This document shows, piece by piece, positions 48,122-56,871 of a stretch of 64,000 bases of DNA. How positions within the stretch are numbered: position 1 is the first letter of the stretch; the number at the start of each line of letters is the position of its first letter. The stretch lies in contig CAZCFB010000006.1 in NCBI GenBank assembly GCA_964497805.1, positions 1,251 to 65,250 of the forward strand, given 5' to 3'. Source of the DNA: an uncultured Kofleriaceae bacterium. Lineage in GTDB: Bacteria > Myxococcota_A > Polyangia > GCA-2747355 > CAZCFB01. A program made the translations under genes and the position numbers. Below the pieces are notes generated by a model, which saw only the letters and a program-made list of their open reading frames with translations, was not told the DNA's origin and made no database searches.

Positions 48122-50371
48122 ATGTCCCTGTCCACCAAATCCCTCCTCGGCTCCTTTCTTTGCCTGACCCTCGCCCTCTCCGGGTGCAAGGGGAGCGAAA
48201 AGAAGAAGGGTAGCGCGCCGACGGTGCGGGCCGCCACCTCCAAGGCCAAGGAGAGCGTGCGGGCGGGGCGCCATGTGGTGCGCTCCCTGCTGGCCGAGGC
48301 CGCCCGGGCCGAGCTGGAGCAGCGCGGGCTTTTCATGCACTTCGGCACGGCTGACCAGCACAAGTACACCCTCGGCGGCTGGAAGACCGGCTGGGCCGAG
48401 ACCGGGGCCCAGGACGGGATCCCGTACGCCAGGATGGAGCGCCGCGCCCGGTTGCGGTTTAGCCTCCGGGGGGCGGGCGCCCAGAAACTTGTGTTCCGGG
48501 GCAGGAGCCCGGGCGCTCCCATCAGGATCAAGCTCAAGGTTGACGGCGAGCACGCGGGCCAGATCAAGCTGGGCAAGGGGTGGGCGGAGCACGCGGTGTT
48601 CCTCAAGGAGCCCCTGGCCGGGGGGCACCACCGCTTGAGCCTGGAGGCGGAGAGGCCCGGCGCCCGGCTGGCCTGGATCTGGTTCCCGGAGGGCCAGAAC
48701 CGGGAGTCGCCCCTTAGCCCGAGGGTGGGCGCCCTCAAGCTGGACCGGCCCATGCGCGCCCTGCTGTCCACGCCGCCCCACCGGCTCACGTACCACCTGG
48801 TGGTGCCCGAGGATGGGGCCCTGGTCTTTGATTATGGATCGCGTAAGCCCACCCGCTTCCGTGTGCTCCTGGCCCGGGATGGGGCCGAGGAGAAGGTCTC
48901 CTTCGAGGGGCTCGGGAAGCCGGCCTGGCAGCAGGCCCAGGTTGACCTCGCCGCCCACGCAGGCCAGGTGGTGCGCCTGACCCTTGAAACCACCGGGGAG
49001 GGAGGCGGCGCTGGCTGGGGCGAGCCGGACCTGGTGCGCCCCGGACCGCGGCCCAGCGTGCCCCTGGTAACCTCCGACGTCCGGGCCAAGAACCTGATCT
49101 ACATCCTCATCGACACCGCCCGCCAGGACGCCTTCTCCGTGTTCAACCGGACCACGCGGGTGAAGACGCCGACCTTCGACAACCTGGTCACCTCGTCGCT
49201 GGTATTCACCGACGCATACAACAACGACAACTGGACCAAGCCCTCGGTGGCCACGATCCTGTCGGGGATGTACCCCTCCACCCACGGCACCACCGGCAAG
49301 TGGAGCGTGCTCCCCAGGGAGGTGACGCTGCTGAGCCAACACCTCCGGGACCAGGGCTTCTCCACCGCCGGCTTCATCGCCAACGGCTACATCTCGGACA
49401 AGTTCGGGTTCAAGAAGGGGTGGGGAACCTACAAGAACTGTATCCGCGAGGAGACGCCGTGCGAGGCGGACAAGGTCTACGGGGACGCCCGCGGCTGGCT
49501 GGACAAGCGCGGGGAGGGGCGCTTCTTCCTCTATATCCAGGCCATCGATCCACACGTGCCGTACGCCGTGCCGCGCAAGTGGCTGGAGCACTATTTCGAG
49601 GGGGAGTACGAGGGCTCCCTGGGGCCTTCCGTGTCCGGCTACGAGACAAAGGCCTGGCGCGACGGCAAGCGCGAGTTCGACAGCGTGGACAAGGCCTACA
49701 TCCGGGCGCTGTACGATGCCGAGCTCACCTACCATGACCACTACATGGGTGAGTTCATGCACTACCTCGAGGAGAAGGGGCTGCTTGAGAACACCCTGGT
49801 GGTGGTGAGCAACGACCACGGCGAGGAGATGTTCGACCACGGCAAGATCGGCCACGGGCACTCCCTCTACGACGAGCTGCTGCGCAACCCGCTGCTCATG
49901 CGCTTCCCGAGCCTCCTGCCGGCCGGGCAGCAGGTGTCCGGGCCGGTGGAGACCGTGGACCTGGCGCCGACCTTGCTGGACCTGCTCAAGGCTGAGCCGC
50001 TCAAGGAGGCGGAGGGGGTCTCCCTGATGCCCACCATCTTCGGCATCCCGCCGCTGGGTGAGAAGTACGCCGTGTCCGAGCAGGAGGAGCGCGGCCGCGC
50101 CATCCGCCTGGGGCCGTACAAGCTCATCGTGCGCAAGGCGGCGGAGCAGCTGTTCAACCTGGACGAGGACCTGGGCGAGGCGCGGAACCTGCTGGCCAGC
50201 CACCCGGTGGCCCGCCGCGCCTGCGAGGTCTACCTGGGAGAGGCCCTGGCCACGCCGGCCAAGTCAGCCCGCCTCGCCGGCACCTCGCTGCGCCGCAAGC
50301 TCAAGGCCGGAGACGCCACCGTGGACGACAAGCTGCGCAAGCAGCTCGAGGCGCTGGGGTATATCGACTGA
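48122..50371 (+). CDS. Sulfatase-domain (alkaline-phosphatase superfamily) lipoprotein with a Thr at the nucleophile position
   Basis: The lipobox is LCLTLALSGCKG, with the start at ATG 48122. The metal site is LIYILIDTARQD. The nucleophile segment is NWTKPSVATILSGMYPSTHG, where Thr replaces the (C/S)xPxR Cys/Ser. SNDHGEEMFDHGKIGHGHSLYDE follows. Confidence 0.8.
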   Translation: MSLSTKSLLGSFLCLTLALSGCKGSEKKKGSAPTVRAATSKAKESVRAGRHVVRSLLAEAARAELEQRGLFMHFGTADQHKYTLGGWKTGWAETGAQDGIPYARMERRARLRFSLRGAGAQKLVFRGRSPGAPIRIKLKVDGEHAGQIKLGKGWAEHAVFLKEPLAGGHHRLSLEAERPGARLAWIWFPEGQNRESPLSPRVGALKLDRPMRALLSTPPHRLTYHLVVPEDGALVFDYGSRKPTRFRVLLARDGAEEKVSFEGLGKPAWQQAQVDLAAHAGQVVRLTLETTGEGGGAGWGEPDLVRPGPRPSVPLVTSDVRAKNLIYILIDTARQDAFSVFNRTTRVKTPTFDNLVTSSLVFTDAYNNDNWTKPSVATILSGMYPSTHGTTGKWSVLPREVTLLSQHLRDQGFSTAGFIANGYISDKFGFKKGWGTYKNCIREETPCEADKVYGDARGWLDKRGEGRFFLYIQAIDPHVPYAVPRKWLEHYFEGEYEGSLGPSVSGYETKAWRDGKREFDSVDKAYIRALYDAELTYHDHYMGEFMHYLEEKGLLENTLVVVSNDHGEEMFDHGKIGHGHSLYDELLRNPLLMRFPSLLPAGQQVSGPVETVDLAPTLLDLLKAEPLKEAEGVSLMPTIFGIPPLGEKYAVSEQEERGRAIRLGPYKLIVRKAAEQLFNLDEDLGEARNLLASHPVARRACEVYLGEALATPAKSARLAGTSLRRKLKAGDATVDDKLRKQLEALGYID

Positions 50372-50383
50372 GCGCCGCCTGAA

Positions 50384-51730
50384 TCAGCTGAGCGCGACCT
50401 TGATGGTGTCTGACCTTGCGCTCCCCTTGGACGCCAGCCCCTGGACCTCGATCTTGCACGAGGAGGCGTACGGCGTGATGAACTCGGCCCGGTAATAGTC
50501 GGCGACCTTGGTCATGGGGTACCAGGGCCCGGCGTCGATGCGGTAGCGGACGCTCAGGATCGGGGTCGGGGCGAAGACGCCCGCGTGCAGGACATGCCCC
50601 TTTGTGTTCTTGGTCAGCGGAACGGCCCACGGGTTGGTGGCCGTGCTCGTGATCTTCTTGCCGAGGTTGAGATCCGCCGGCCTGGTGATGACCACCTGTG
50701 GCCACTTGGCCGAGATGTTGGTCTTGTTGCCCGAGAACCAGGCGACCCTGGCCACCGGCCCCTGATCCAGCGCGAATATGTTGAACCCCGGGACCGTGGC
50801 GCCGGGGATGCCTTCACTGGGGTTCCCGAGGCTCGGGGCCTGGGCCATGAGGGTCTTGCCTTCCCAGTTGGTGAAGTACATGTGCATGTGCCCGTGCAGG
50901 TAGGCCGCGGCGGAGGTGGCCTTGAGCAACCTCCGCAGGTGTTTGTCAGTCCCCAGCAAGGCCAGGCCCATGGGCGCGGTGGGGGGGTGGTGCCCGAGCA
51001 CGATGGTGGAGTGGACCTTCACCGGGTCGGCGGCGATCTGCTTGAGCAGCCCGTCCACCTGAGAGCTCTGCAGGTAGCCCGTTGAGTCCTTGAGCACGTT
51101 GCCGCCGCTGCATGTGTTCAGGGCGATGATCCGGATCCTGCGCCCCTGGTGCGTCCGGTGGTACAGCCCGAACTTGCCGTGGCCGTTGCGGCCCGCCAGG
51201 GTGTACTTGACGTAGTTGGTCAGCTTGCCGTCCAGGAAGGCGTCGTGGTTGCCCGGGACCTCAATGTAGTCGTCGGGCTTCAGGCCGGCGCCGTCCACGG
51301 CCTTCTTGTAGTCCGCCCAGTCCTTGACGTCGTTGCCGGTCTCGTTGAGATCGCCGGTGGCGACCACCGGGATGGAGGGGAAGGAGGGCAGCACCGTGTT
51401 CAGCCCGTACTTGAAGGCGGGCATGGCCAGGCTCCCCGAGCCGATATGGATGTCAGTGAAGTGCACAAAGAAGATGGGGCCGGGCAGGGTCTTGGCGACG
51501 GCGCTGTCCGGTTGCTGCTGATCCGGTTGCAAGAGATCGGGAGAGGGGGCCGTGTCCGCGCCCATGTCCACGCCCGTATCCACACCCCCGTCGGGCAGGG
51601 CGGCGGCGTCGGCGGGAGAGTCCCCGGTGGGCTCGTCCGCGCACCCAATGACGCCCCCGACCATGGTCCCGCCGGCGAGCTTGAGTAAGGTTCGGCGCGA
51701 GAGCCTCCGGGGATCGGAAGGGTAAGGCAT
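50384..51730 (-). CDS. Tat-exported calcineurin-like metallophosphoesterase
   Basis: The twin-arginine signal is RRLSRRTLLKLAGG. The motifs are FTDIHIG, GDLNETGN, GNHD, GHHPP and GHMH. Confidence 0.85.
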   Translation of the reverse strand: MPYPSDPRRLSRRTLLKLAGGTMVGGVIGCADEPTGDSPADAAALPDGGVDTGVDMGADTAPSPDLLQPDQQQPDSAVAKTLPGPIFFVHFTDIHIGSGSLAMPAFKYGLNTVLPSFPSIPVVATGDLNETGNDVKDWADYKKAVDGAGLKPDDYIEVPGNHDAFLDGKLTNYVKYTLAGRNGHGKFGLYHRTHQGRRIRIIALNTCSGGNVLKDSTGYLQSSQVDGLLKQIAADPVKVHSTIVLGHHPPTAPMGLALLGTDKHLRRLLKATSAAAYLHGHMHMYFTNWEGKTLMAQAPSLGNPSEGIPGATVPGFNIFALDQGPVARVAWFSGNKTNISAKWPQVVITRPADLNLGKKITSTATNPWAVPLTKNTKGHVLHAGVFAPTPILSVRYRIDAGPWYPMTKVADYYRAEFITPYASSCKIEVQGLASKGSARSDTIKVALS

Positions 51731-51818
51731 CAGTTCCTCCTTGCTGGGGAGGGTATCACTGAACAGGGGAGCGCCACACGGCGCCAGGGCTGGTCAACTG
51801 ACCGGCGAGCCGCTATGA

Positions 51819-52571
51819 ATGAGAGACACGCAAGCGGGAAAGCCAAGGAGGGCTAGCGAGGTGACAGTCAAAGACTACCCCCCGTCGGACAAGCCCACCT
51901 GGCGCCTGGTGTCCGAGGAGCTGCTCGCCGCGGCCGCGGCTGGCCTGCTCATTCCGCTTGGCCTGGGCCAGGACCGGCGGCGTACCCCGCGCAAGGAGAT
52001 CCAGCGTACGGTGGTGCTGGTGCACGGCTACCTGGCCAAGCGCTCCACCCTGCTGCCCCTGGCCACTTACCTGCGCGCCCGCGGCCTCAAGCAGCAGCTC
52101 TACTTCAGCTACCGCTCCGGCGACGGCGTGGAGCCCGCGGCCCGGGCCCTGCGCGAGCACCTGCGCCGCAACGTGGGGGGCGGCCGCATCGACCTGGTGT
52201 GCCACAGCATGGGGGGGCTCGTTGCCAGGGTCTACCTGCAGGAGCTGGGCGGCCACCGACGGGTGGACAACTGCATCACCATCAGCACGCCCCACCGCGG
52301 CACCTACAACTCCTACTGGGTCCCCTCCCGGGTGGGGCGGGAGCTCCGGCCAGACTCCCCCCTGCTGGAGCGCCTCAACGGCTCCATGGACAGCGCCGGC
52401 GAGGTGCGCTTCCTCTCCATCACCGGAGGCACGGACAACATCGTCGTGCCGCGCGTCTTCGCCAGCCACGAGGACGAGGTCCACCTGCCCGACCTGGGCC
52501 ACCTGGGCGTGCTCTTTTCGCCGACGGTGTTCAAGGCTGTTGGGGACCGGCTGCTTTCAGGGGCGGGATAG
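51819..52571 (+). CDS. Alpha/beta hydrolase (lipase/PGAP1-like)
   Basis: VVLVHGYLAKRS and the nucleophile elbow LVCHSMGGLVAR (GxSxG variant HSMGG). The start is uncertain. Confidence 0.75.
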   Translation: MRDTQAGKPRRASEVTVKDYPPSDKPTWRLVSEELLAAAAAGLLIPLGLGQDRRRTPRKEIQRTVVLVHGYLAKRSTLLPLATYLRARGLKQQLYFSYRSGDGVEPAARALREHLRRNVGGGRIDLVCHSMGGLVARVYLQELGGHRRVDNCITISTPHRGTYNSYWVPSRVGRELRPDSPLLERLNGSMDSAGEVRFLSITGGTDNIVVPRVFASHEDEVHLPDLGHLGVLFSPTVFKAVGDRLLSGAG

Positions 52572-52577
52572 ACGTAC

Positions 52578-53492
52578 TCAGGTGGCCCGCACGGGCCGAC
52601 CCTCGATGTACCCGCGGTAGCCGGTGGGCTCCAGCTGGAAGCGCGGGGCGTCGTCGTCGGCCCACTGGTAGCCGATGAGGGCGGGGTCGTAGCTGTTCAT
52701 CACATCCCAGAGTGACTCGATGGCCTGCTCGAACTTCTCGTCCTCGAAGGGCGGCCCCTGGAAGACAAGCAGCCTGGCCGCGGGCAGGTCGATGATCTCA
52801 AACCCCTCGGGGATGTCCCCGGCATGGTCGGCCGGCACCTCCACCCCCTGGGCATAGACCGAGGTGCCGTCGGTGCGGAACCGGTCGGGCAGCCACATGC
52901 CCATGGGCTCGTGCAGGGCCCCCTCCACCCGGGTCAACACCTCCCACACCTCGCACCCAACCTCCTCGCAGTAGGCAAAGTAGTGGGCGGCCTCGCGTCC
53001 CCGCTTGAGGATAAGCCGGCGCTCCGGGCGCTCGATGATCTGGACGAACACCACCTCTGGCTTCTTCTTTTTGGACTCCTCCGTCATGGTCTCCTCTCCT
53101 GCCTGCTTGTTCGTGTAGTGGTCGCGCACGCGCCCGGGCGAAAAGAGCGGCACCTCTGCCCGCGTCCGTCGGTACTCGGACGGGGTCATGCCGAACTGCC
53201 GGGCGAAGGCCCGCGTGAAGCCCTCGTGTGAGTCAAAGACGAAGTCGAAGGCCACATCAGTGATCCGGACCTTCTCCTCGGCGAGGACCCGCGCGGCGGC
53301 GGACATGCGCATGAGGCGGATGTACCTGAACGGGCTCTGGCCCGTGAGCTCCTTGAACATCCGCGCTGCATGGTACGGCGAGTAGCGCGCCGCCCTGGCC
53401 AGGGCATGCAGGGTGATCTGTTCCTGGAGGTGGGCGTCGATGAAGTCCTGCATCCGCTCAACGGCCTTCACCTTTTCCCAGCGGACAACCAT
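52578..53492 (-). CDS. AraC-family transcriptional regulator with a GyrI-like effector domain
   Basis: The HTH pair is LHALARAARYSPYHAARMFKELTGQSPFRYIRLMRM...DVAFDFVFDSHEGFTRAFARQFGMTPSEYRR. The C-terminal ~170 aa are an effector domain. Confidence 0.85.
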   Translation of the reverse strand: MVVRWEKVKAVERMQDFIDAHLQEQITLHALARAARYSPYHAARMFKELTGQSPFRYIRLMRMSAAARVLAEEKVRITDVAFDFVFDSHEGFTRAFARQFGMTPSEYRRTRAEVPLFSPGRVRDHYTNKQAGEETMTEESKKKKPEVVFVQIIERPERRLILKRGREAAHYFAYCEEVGCEVWEVLTRVEGALHEPMGMWLPDRFRTDGTSVYAQGVEVPADHAGDIPEGFEIIDLPAARLLVFQGPPFEDEKFEQAIESLWDVMNSYDPALIGYQWADDDAPRFQLEPTGYRGYIEGRPVRAT

Positions 53493-53569
53493 GGCGTCTC
53501 CTGATGCTGATGGTTCGAAGATACCCGGCCCGGAGAGGGGTTGCTTGACCGTGCTTGCGAAAGTTCCTG

Positions 53570-56041
53570 TTAGTCCAGGTCGATGTCGTATCTCTCCACT
53601 TTCCAGATATCCCGGACGTAATCCCGTATGGTCCTGTCCGAGGAGAATTGGCCTGTGTTGGCGATGTTGGCCAGGGCCATGCGGCGCCAGCGGCCCTGGT
53701 CCTGGTAGGCGTCGTCCACGCGCTGGTGGGCGTCGCGGTAGGAGGCGAAGTCGGCCAGGTGTAGGTAGTGATCGTTCTCCAGCAGGTCCTGCACCAGGGG
53801 CATGTGGCGGTCGGGCTCCTCGGGGGAGAAGTGGCCGCCGGCGATGAGGTCAAGGGCGCCGCGCAGGTCGGCGTCCTGCTCGTAGTGGTCGCGGGGGCGG
53901 TAGCCGCCACGGCGCAGGTCCGCCACCTGGTTCACGTCCAGCCCGAAGATGAAGATGTTGTCCTGCCCTACCTCCCGGGCGATCTCCACGTTGGCCCCGT
54001 CCATGGTGCCCAGGGTGAGGGCGCCGTTCATGGCGAACTTCATGTTGCCCGTGCCGGAGGCCTCGAACCCGGCGGTTGAGATCTGCTCCGAGATGTCAGC
54101 TGCGGGGAAGAGGCGCTCGGCCAAGGAGACGTTGTAGTTGGGCACGAAGTGCACGCGCAACTTCTGCGATACCTCCGGGTGGGCGTTGACCCTGGCGGCC
54201 ACGTCGCAAGTCAGCTTGATCACCGCCTTGGCCACGTGGTAGCCCGGCGCCGCCTTGCCGCCGAAGATGAAGGCCCGCGGCGTGGCGATGGCCTGGGGAT
54301 CGCGCTGCAGGCTGCGGTACAGGTGCACGATGTGCAACAGGTTGAGCAGCTGCCGCTTGTACTCGTGGATCCGCTTGATCTGGATGTCGAAGAGGAAGTC
54401 CGGGTTGAGGTCGATGCCGTGCCAGGCGCGCAGGTGGTCCGCGAGCCGCGCCTTGGCCGCGCGCTTGGCCCAGGCCATGGTGTCCAGGAAGGCGGCGTTG
54501 TCCGCCATGGGCTCCAGCTCACGCAGCTGCTCCAGGTAGGTGATCCAACCGTCGCCGATGGTGTCGGTGATCAGCCCGGCCAGGTCGGGGTTGCAGCACC
54601 GGAGCCAGCGGCGCTGGGTTACGCCGTTGGTCTTGTTGTTGAGCTTGTCAGGCCAGATCTGGTGGAAGTCCTTGAGCACCCGGGTGCGCAGCAGCTCGGT
54701 GTGCAGCTCGGCCACCCCGTTGACCGAGAACGAGCCCACCACGGCCAGGTTGGCCATGCGCACCTGCTTGGGCGGCCCCTCGTCGAAGATGGAGACCCGC
54801 CGCACCAGCCCCCCGTCCCCGGGGAAGCCCGCGCGAACTCTCTCCAGGAAGCGGTGGTTGATCTCCCCCACGATCTGCAGGTGGCGGGGCAGCAGCTCGC
54901 CCAGCAGGTCCACCCGCCACCGCTCCAGCGCCTCGGGCAGCAGGGTGTGGTTGGTGTAGGCCAGGGACTTGCCGGTGATCTCCCAGGCGTCGTCCCAGGT
55001 GTAGCCCCGCTCGTCCACCAGCACGCGCATGAGCTCGGGCACGGCCAGGGCGGGGTGGGTGTCGTTGAGCTGGAAGACCGCCTTCTCGTGCAGGTTGTCC
55101 AGGCTCTTGTGGTTCACCAGGTGGCGGCGGATGGCGTCCTGGAGGGTGGCGGCCACCAGCAGGTACTGCTGCTTGAGGCGAAGCACCTTGCCCAGGTGGA
55201 TGTTGTCATTGGGGTAGAGCACGCGGGTGAGGTTCTCGCTCATCACCCGGTCCTCCACCGCGCCCACGTAGTCGCCCCGGTTGAAGTCCGAGAAGTCGAA
55301 GGCCTCGCTCGGCACCGCCCGCCACAGGCGCAGGGTGTTGACCGTGTTCACCCCGTAGCCTGGGATCGGCGTGTCGTACGGCATGGCCAACACGGCCTCG
55401 GCCGGCCGCCAGGTGGCGCCACCGTCGCCGCCGCGCTCCACCTCTCCGCCGAAGCCCACGGGCAGCAGGTACTCTGGCCGCGGGTACTCCCAGGGGTAGG
55501 GCAGGCGCAGCCAGTCGTCGGCCTCCTCCACCTGGCGGCCGTCCTCCAGGCGCTGGGCGAAGATGCCGTAGTCGTAGCGCAGGCCGTAGCCGTAGGCGGG
55601 CAGGCCCATGGTGGCCATGGAGTCGATGAAGCAGGCGGCCAGGCGCCCGAGGCCGCCGTTGCCCAGGCCTGCGTCCGGCTCCAGCCGCTCCAGGTCGGCC
55701 AGCTCGATGCCCTCCTCCTTGAGGGCGGCGCGGCACACCTCCACCATGTCGAGGTTGACCAGCGCGTTATGCAGGGCGCGGCCCATCAGGTACTCCATGG
55801 AGAGGTAGTAAACCCGGCGGGCGTCCTTCTGGTAGTAGGTCTGCTGGGTGTTGACCCAGCGGTCCACGAGGCGGTCGCGCACAGAGAAACAGAGGGCGTA
55901 GTAGTGATCCAGGGTGGTGGACGAGTACTCGTCCTTGGCCAGGGAGCTCTGCAGGTGCCGGGCCATGGCCTGGCGGATGGATTCGACGGTGGCGGGACCT
56001 TCCAGCTGGCGCCAGATGGCCGCTCTACGCTTGCGGGGCAC
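53570..56041 (-). CDS. glgP: Glycogen/maltodextrin phosphorylase
   Basis: The PLP-site motif is EASGTGNMKFAMNGALTLGTMDGANVE, and the family sequence is typical throughout (823 aa). It has a GTG start at 56041, preceded by aggag. Confidence 0.93.
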   Translation of the reverse strand: MPRKRRAAIWRQLEGPATVESIRQAMARHLQSSLAKDEYSSTTLDHYYALCFSVRDRLVDRWVNTQQTYYQKDARRVYYLSMEYLMGRALHNALVNLDMVEVCRAALKEEGIELADLERLEPDAGLGNGGLGRLAACFIDSMATMGLPAYGYGLRYDYGIFAQRLEDGRQVEEADDWLRLPYPWEYPRPEYLLPVGFGGEVERGGDGGATWRPAEAVLAMPYDTPIPGYGVNTVNTLRLWRAVPSEAFDFSDFNRGDYVGAVEDRVMSENLTRVLYPNDNIHLGKVLRLKQQYLLVAATLQDAIRRHLVNHKSLDNLHEKAVFQLNDTHPALAVPELMRVLVDERGYTWDDAWEITGKSLAYTNHTLLPEALERWRVDLLGELLPRHLQIVGEINHRFLERVRAGFPGDGGLVRRVSIFDEGPPKQVRMANLAVVGSFSVNGVAELHTELLRTRVLKDFHQIWPDKLNNKTNGVTQRRWLRCCNPDLAGLITDTIGDGWITYLEQLRELEPMADNAAFLDTMAWAKRAAKARLADHLRAWHGIDLNPDFLFDIQIKRIHEYKRQLLNLLHIVHLYRSLQRDPQAIATPRAFIFGGKAAPGYHVAKAVIKLTCDVAARVNAHPEVSQKLRVHFVPNYNVSLAERLFPAADISEQISTAGFEASGTGNMKFAMNGALTLGTMDGANVEIAREVGQDNIFIFGLDVNQVADLRRGGYRPRDHYEQDADLRGALDLIAGGHFSPEEPDRHMPLVQDLLENDHYLHLADFASYRDAHQRVDDAYQDQGRWRRMALANIANTGQFSSDRTIRDYVRDIWKVERYDIDLD

Positions 56042-56171
56042 GGGGATCTCCTAAGGGTGAACGAGTGGTTACGCAGTGAGCTACGTGGGGAAGCTTAGCA
56101 GAAGGGGAAAGGGAGTGTAGGGCAAGGAGGGCAAGCGCAAGCGCGAGCGCGAGCGCAAAGGTGGGACGCTC

Positions 56172-56801
56172 TTAACTCTTAAGGATGTCGAAGATGCCCT
56201 TCTGGACGTCCTCCAGGGAACCCTCGCCCGGGGCGCGGCGCAGCAGGCCGGCAGCCTCGTAGAACGGGATCAGCGGGGCGGTCTTCTCGTGGTACTCGCC
56301 CAGGCGATCGGTGAGGACTTCCTCGGTGTCGTCGGCGCGCTGGATCAGGCGGTCGGCGATGTCCGCGGGGGGCGGGTCGAACTTGATGTGGTAGACATGG
56401 CCGGTTTCGGGATCGCTGCGGCGGCCGCAGATGCGCTCCACCAGCACGGCGTCGTCCACCACCAGCAGGAGCACATGGTCCAGCTTGGTGCCCAGGTTCT
56501 TGAGCATCACGTCCAGGGCCTCGGCCTGGACCACGGTGCGGGGGAAACCGTCAAGCAGGAAGCCGGGCTTGCAGTCGTCCTGGCTCAGCCGGTCCTCAAC
56601 CATGCGGTTGACCAGCTCGTCCGGCACCAGCTTGCCAGCGTCGGTGTAGCTCTTGAACTCCTTGCCCAGCTCGGTCCCGCCACGGATGGCGGCCCGGATA
56701 ATGTCACCGGTGGAGATCTGCGGAATGTTGTACTCGTTGACAATGGCCTTGGCCTGGGTGCCTTTACCTGCTCCGGGAGGGCCGAGAAAGATCAAGTTCA
56801 T
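56172..56801 (-). CDS. adk: Adenylate kinase
   Basis: MNLIFLGPPGAGKGTQA, ISTGDIIRA, GFLLDGFPRT, and RADD in the lid. Confidence 0.93.
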   Translation of the reverse strand: MNLIFLGPPGAGKGTQAKAIVNEYNIPQISTGDIIRAAIRGGTELGKEFKSYTDAGKLVPDELVNRMVEDRLSQDDCKPGFLLDGFPRTVVQAEALDVMLKNLGTKLDHVLLLVVDDAVLVERICGRRSDPETGHVYHIKFDPPPADIADRLIQRADDTEEVLTDRLGEYHEKTAPLIPFYEAAGLLRRAPGEGSLEDVQKGIFDILKS

Positions 56802-56871
56802 GGGTCGTCTCCTATCAGTTGGGGGCGTTTTATCGCAGAAGGAGGGCCCCTTACAAGGGGCAAGGGGGCTG

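Noticed and set aside
48101-50203. A 700-aa antisense ORF opposite the sulfatase-fold gene. Similar cases are 54149-56098 (+, opposite glgP), 46301-48043 (+, opposite the PHP protein), 7309-9138 (-, opposite GT4), 27283-28776 (+), 36338-37598 (-) and 37896-39242 (-)
   Set aside because: The reasoning is the same. These are high-GC shadow ORFs with biased, motif-free translations, and each lies opposite a gene with strong family signatures.
56131-56160. A short hexamer repeat (gcaagc gcaagc gcgagc gcgagc gcaaag) between adk and glgP
   Set aside because: It has only five imperfect units, no dyad symmetry and no coding context. It is probably simple-sequence slippage in an intergenic spacer.
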